Assembly (NCBI GenBank): GCA_000435595.1
Contig: FR895425.1
Location: 14,273 to 78,272, forward strand
Source of the DNA: Firmicutes bacterium CAG:882
GTDB taxonomy: Bacteria > Bacillota > Clostridia > Lachnospirales > Lachnospiraceae
Length of the DNA: 64,000 bases
Direction: 5' to 3'
Of the stretch, positions 60,191 through 64,000 are shown one piece after another (the first letter of the stretch is position 1; each line of letters opens with the position of its first letter). The notes beneath the pieces are model-generated. The model made no database searches. It was not told the DNA's origin and worked only from the letters and a program-made list of their open reading frames with translations. A program made the position numbers and the translations under genes.

Positions 60191-62821
60191 ATGGAATCAG
60201 TGAAACAAGCCACAGGATGTACGATAACAGCCAGGCAGTTAGAAAAAAATAAGAAAGAATATGATGTAAGAGACTATGGAGCAGGCTCTGAGGAGCCGCC
60301 CGCCGCCAACACTGCAGCGATTAACCGGGCTATAGAGGAAGCTTCCGTAAACGGAGGAACCGTTGTTTTTCCTGAGGGTGAGTATAAGACTTACACAATC
60401 AGACTGAAAAGCAATGTCAACATTCGAATGGAAAAGGGAGCGGTTATAAGAGCGGCAAGAAGCGAGATTAACACGGCATACGAAGTATGCGAGGGAGAGG
60501 GAGGCAATTATGATGAGCCGGAGGTATGCCTGTATGCGGGACTTCAGGACCACGGACACACATATTTTGCCAACAGTCTTATATACGGTAAGAATCTCAA
60601 CAATATAATGATATATGGCGATGGACTCATTGACGGAAGCTACAAGGATGAGTACGGTTATACAAGGTATGCACTTCTTGGTGGAGACCCTGCCAATAAT
60701 AAGTACCGCAATGAAAAGGGGCATGATGGGGCGTGGTACGGCAACAAGGGTATAGCGCTTGTTGACTGTAAGAATGTAGTGCTCAAGGATTTTTCGATTG
60801 TTGATGCGGGACATTTTGCGATTATATGTGAAGGCGTGGAAAATATGCTTGTGGACGGCATTCTGGTTGATACCATAAGGGATGCCTTTGATGTGGACTG
60901 CTGCCGCGATGTGACGGTTGTACATTCGAGATTTAATTCACTGACGGATGATGCGCTTGTCATGAAGGCATCCTTCGGGGCGGGAAAGTTCATGCCTTTG
61001 TATAATGTATACATAGAGGACTGTGAGGTGACAGGTTATGATGCAGGAAGCGTATATTCCGGAAAGTATACTTGTGACAAGGTTGTTGCCACCGACCGAT
61101 GTGGCCCTACGGCGAGAGTGAAGCTCGGAACGGAATCGACCTGCGGTTACGAGCTTGTGACCGTGAAAAATGTGCGCTTTAAGCGTTCAAGAGGTTTTGC
61201 ACTTGAGGCGGTCGACACATCTGATCTCACAGACATTGTGTTTACCGACTGTACGATGGAGAATGTCAGCAGCTCGCCGATTTATATAAGAATAGGCGAC
61301 AGAGGAAGATTTCCTGTGACGGGCAGCAGCACAGAGGAGCTTTTAAGAGCCGAGAATAATGTACGCCTTGACAATACGGAATGGGTGCTTCCGAACAGGG
61401 AAGAATACGGTTGTTACCCAGTGAAGAGATATACTCCGTCCTATAATTACACTCATAAGGTGACGGTTGACGGACACTCCTATTTTAATATTGTCGATGA
61501 GAAGAATCCTGTAAAGATAAACCCGGCTAATTTTTATGAGAAGGACGGAAAGTGTTATGAGTATGTATATAACAGTGCAGAAAAAAAATACGAGCCTGAT
61601 TTTTCAAAGGAAATATCAAAGGACAGATTATGTCTTTATGCCAATGCGGTCGGAAGAGAGCAGATGGCATCTGTAAGAAATATAGAGATAAGCAATGTCA
61701 GAGTTAAAGATGCCGATCCGAGGTATCCGATTATTATCATGGGACTTGACAGCAGTCATGTTAAAAATGTCAGCATAAAGAATATAGAGGTTGAGTACCG
61801 AGGAGGATTATTGATGGAGCACGCCGTGGAACAGAGGCAGCTCAATACCAACTGGGAATACTCACAGCTCGGTTCTAAGCCGTCTACACAGATCCTGCCG
61901 TGGCTTGTAAATACATTTTTCCTGAAAAACGAGGGCCTTCTTCCGAGAATGAGCTGGAACAAGGACAAAAAGTGCTTTGTTCCTGCACCGTACAATGTGC
62001 CGGAGCTTGCCGGCGTGTACCCTGAACCGAGTAATTGGGGCATTCTTCCTGCTTATGGTATTTATGCCAGACATGTTGACGGACTTGAACTTGAGAATAT
62101 AAAGCTCGGTTACATTGTCGAGGATGAGAGACCGGCTGTGGTATTTGACGATGTGCATGACGGTATTTTGAAAGAATGCGGACTTATGGCTGAGAAAAAT
62201 TCACCGCATATTGTGTTTGTCGAGAACAAATACAAGCGTCCGACTAACCTTGAGTATGTGCCCGATTACCCATATCACACTACGGACAATTCAGTTACGG
62301 TAATTCCGGGAGCTGACAGGGAAAACTATCGTGTTGAGAAGGTGTGCGTGGACGCGCCGGCACCGGGTACGCCTAGGGATACATTGTATTCTTATCCTAC
62401 AGCGGCGGTTATGGAAAATACTCAGGAGAGCTATACTTATGAGGTAAAGACGGAGGAATATGAGCTTCCTGCTACGGTTCACCGTCCGTACTTTGTACCC
62501 GTGGATGATATCCATGTGTCGACAGGCAGACTTGTGTGCTTTGATGTGATGGTCAGAAATCCGCTCACGGACGGTAACGACAGCGATGCCGAGCAGTTCA
62601 TGTGGGAGGGCAGAGCGGACAAGGAATATGTCGTCGAGTGCGAGTCGGGGACAATTCTTATGCAGGCGGAGAATCTGCCATACGGAGCTGATTTTGACAC
62701 GCTCAGCGGCAATTTTATCTGGACACCCGAAAAAGAGGGAGAATATCATATAACATTTACTGCGGATGACGGAGTAATTCCGATATCAATGCAGGTGAAT
62801 ATTATAGTTGAAGATGAATAG
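60191..62821 (+). CDS. GH28-like glycoside hydrolase (polygalacturonase-type right-handed beta-helix) with a long C-terminal extension
   Basis: YDVRDYGAGSEEP...NTAAINRAIEEAS...GGTVVFPEGEYKT N-terminal GH28/pectate-lyase-fold signature. 876 aa from the ATG at 60191. Confidence 0.65.
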   Translation: MESVKQATGCTITARQLEKNKKEYDVRDYGAGSEEPPAANTAAINRAIEEASVNGGTVVFPEGEYKTYTIRLKSNVNIRMEKGAVIRAARSEINTAYEVCEGEGGNYDEPEVCLYAGLQDHGHTYFANSLIYGKNLNNIMIYGDGLIDGSYKDEYGYTRYALLGGDPANNKYRNEKGHDGAWYGNKGIALVDCKNVVLKDFSIVDAGHFAIICEGVENMLVDGILVDTIRDAFDVDCCRDVTVVHSRFNSLTDDALVMKASFGAGKFMPLYNVYIEDCEVTGYDAGSVYSGKYTCDKVVATDRCGPTARVKLGTESTCGYELVTVKNVRFKRSRGFALEAVDTSDLTDIVFTDCTMENVSSSPIYIRIGDRGRFPVTGSSTEELLRAENNVRLDNTEWVLPNREEYGCYPVKRYTPSYNYTHKVTVDGHSYFNIVDEKNPVKINPANFYEKDGKCYEYVYNSAEKKYEPDFSKEISKDRLCLYANAVGREQMASVRNIEISNVRVKDADPRYPIIIMGLDSSHVKNVSIKNIEVEYRGGLLMEHAVEQRQLNTNWEYSQLGSKPSTQILPWLVNTFFLKNEGLLPRMSWNKDKKCFVPAPYNVPELAGVYPEPSNWGILPAYGIYARHVDGLELENIKLGYIVEDERPAVVFDDVHDGILKECGLMAEKNSPHIVFVENKYKRPTNLEYVPDYPYHTTDNSVTVIPGADRENYRVEKVCVDAPAPGTPRDTLYSYPTAAVMENTQESYTYEVKTEEYELPATVHRPYFVPVDDIHVSTGRLVCFDVMVRNPLTDGNDSDAEQFMWEGRADKEYVVECESGTILMQAENLPYGADFDTLSGNFIWTPEKEGEYHITFTADDGVIPISMQVNIIVEDE

Positions 62822-62839
62822 AAAGAGAAATTTATAATA

Positions 62840-64000
62840 ATGATTTTAGCATGTAACAATATATCGAAGTCCTTTGGCATTGATGAGGTTATAAAGAATG
62901 CTTCTTTTCATATTGAGGAGCGTGAAAAGGCTGCCATTGTCGGTATCAACGGTGCGGGAAAGACAACACTTCTTCGCATTATAATGGGTGAATATTCGGC
63001 GGACAGCGGCGAAGTGGTGATAGCTAAGGACAGAACGATAGGTTATCTTGCACAGCATCAGAATTTATCAGGCGATAACACCATATATGATGAGCTTCTG
63101 AGTGTTAAGCAGGATATCATAGATTTAGAGAGAAAGATAAGAAAATTAGAGCTTGATATGCATGGCAGGGAAGGAGCGGAGCTTGAAGCGGTTATGGAGG
63201 CTTACTCTAAGAGCACTCACCAGTTTGAGCTTCAGAACGGTTATGCATACAAGAGCGAGGTCGTCGGTGTTCTTAAAGGTCTCGGCTTTGATGAGTCGGA
63301 CTTTGAAAAAAGGATGAGCACACTCTCGGGCGGGCAGAAAACGAGGGTTGCACTTGGCAGACTGCTTTTGTCTAAGCCGGACATAATAATGCTCGATGAG
63401 CCTACTAACCATCTTGACATGAATTCAATAGCATGGCTTGAGAACTATCTTGTAAACTATGACGGCAGTGTGATTATAGTTGCGCATGATCGTTATTTTC
63501 TTGACAAGGTTGTGACTAAGGTAATTGAGGTTGAGCGCGGCGTTGTAAGTGTGTTTTCGGGAAATTATTCAGACTATGCGGCGAAGAAAAAGCAGCTTAT
63601 GGACGCAAAGCTTAAGGAGTATTACAATCAGCAGAGAGACATTAAGCATCAGGAGGAGGTAATAGCAAAGCTTAAATCCTTCAACCGGGAGAAGTCAATC
63701 AAGCGTGCGGAGAGCCGTGAAAAGCTGCTTGATAAGATTGAGGTTATAGATAAGCCGATAACCGTGCAGGAGACGATGCACTTTAAGCTGGAGCCTGCTA
63801 AGGAGAGCGGAAACGATGTATTAAGTGTTGAGGGGCTTTCAAAGTCGTTCGGAAGTCAGAAGCTGTTTGAGGATGTAAGCTTTGAGATAAAAAAGGGCGA
63901 GAAGGTTGCACTTATCGGCAATAACGGAACGGGAAAGACCACGATACTCAAGATAATCAACCATATAATTGAAGCGGATTCGGGTAAGGTCAGGCTCGGC
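62840..64000 (+). CDS. ABC-F family ATPase (EttA/Uup-like), 3'-truncated by the window edge
   Basis: Two NBDs: GINGAGKTTLLRII, LSGGQKTRVALGRLL, then GNNGTGKTTILKII. No stop codon before 64000. Confidence 0.85.
   Translation, partial: MILACNNISKSFGIDEVIKNASFHIEEREKAAIVGINGAGKTTLLRIIMGEYSADSGEVVIAKDRTIGYLAQHQNLSGDNTIYDELLSVKQDIIDLERKIRKLELDMHGREGAELEAVMEAYSKSTHQFELQNGYAYKSEVVGVLKGLGFDESDFEKRMSTLSGGQKTRVALGRLLLSKPDIIMLDEPTNHLDMNSIAWLENYLVNYDGSVIIVAHDRYFLDKVVTKVIEVERGVVSVFSGNYSDYAAKKKQLMDAKLKEYYNQQRDIKHQEEVIAKLKSFNREKSIKRAESREKLLDKIEVIDKPITVQETMHFKLEPAKESGNDVLSVEGLSKSFGSQKLFEDVSFEIKKGEKVALIGNNGTGKTTILKIINHIIEADSGKVRLG

Overview
This 64 kb window comes from a low-GC Firmicute, probably Clostridia or Lachnospiraceae. 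A pectinesterase and a GH28 hydrolase point to pectin use. Most of the window is housekeeping genes: ilvN and ilvC, leuC and leuD, thrC, parE and parC, uvrD/pcrA, maf, lepB, htpG, an ABC exporter pair, an MCP, dut, nrdG, and a class II tRNA-Leu. A roughly 18.7 kb defence island sits between ilvC and a Na/Pi cotransporter gene, at about 5967-24725. The island holds four blocks. (i) Two XRE-family HTH regulator genes separated by a 270-bp AT-rich region full of ACAGAAT-type repeats. (ii) A five-gene operon that matches the SspABCD-SspE phosphorothioate modification and restriction system, in the order D-B-C-A-E: PAPS-reductase-like SspD with extra zinc-ribbon and ferredoxin modules, DUF4007 SspB, a 1156-aa DUF499/BrxC-like ATPase, a cysteine desulfurase, and DUF262+DUF1524 SspE. 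(iii) An AT-rich three-gene cassette of a 50-aa ORF, a DndD/SMC-like ABC ATPase and an unrecognised 173-aa protein. I could not assign this cassette to any named system, and it is my best candidate for an undescribed defence module. (iv) A compact type II-C CRISPR-Cas locus: a plus-strand tracrRNA upstream of cas9, then cas9 (1175 aa), cas1 and cas2, then a two-repeat, one-spacer array. Each repeat carries an extended -10 promoter on the minus strand, which implies antisense crRNA transcription. Other features are a 5'-truncated, frameshifted, GC-rich large serine recombinase pseudogene, a cobalamin riboswitch in front of a DUF4430/ECF-S operon, a CIRCE operator upstream of htpG, a protein with two AP2 domains overlapping the 3' end of leuD, and tandem repeats and palindromes upstream of a SleB-like hydrolase gene. 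All calls rest on reading the sequence and ORF translations by eye. No searches were run. Coordinates worked out by hand may be off by one or two bases.
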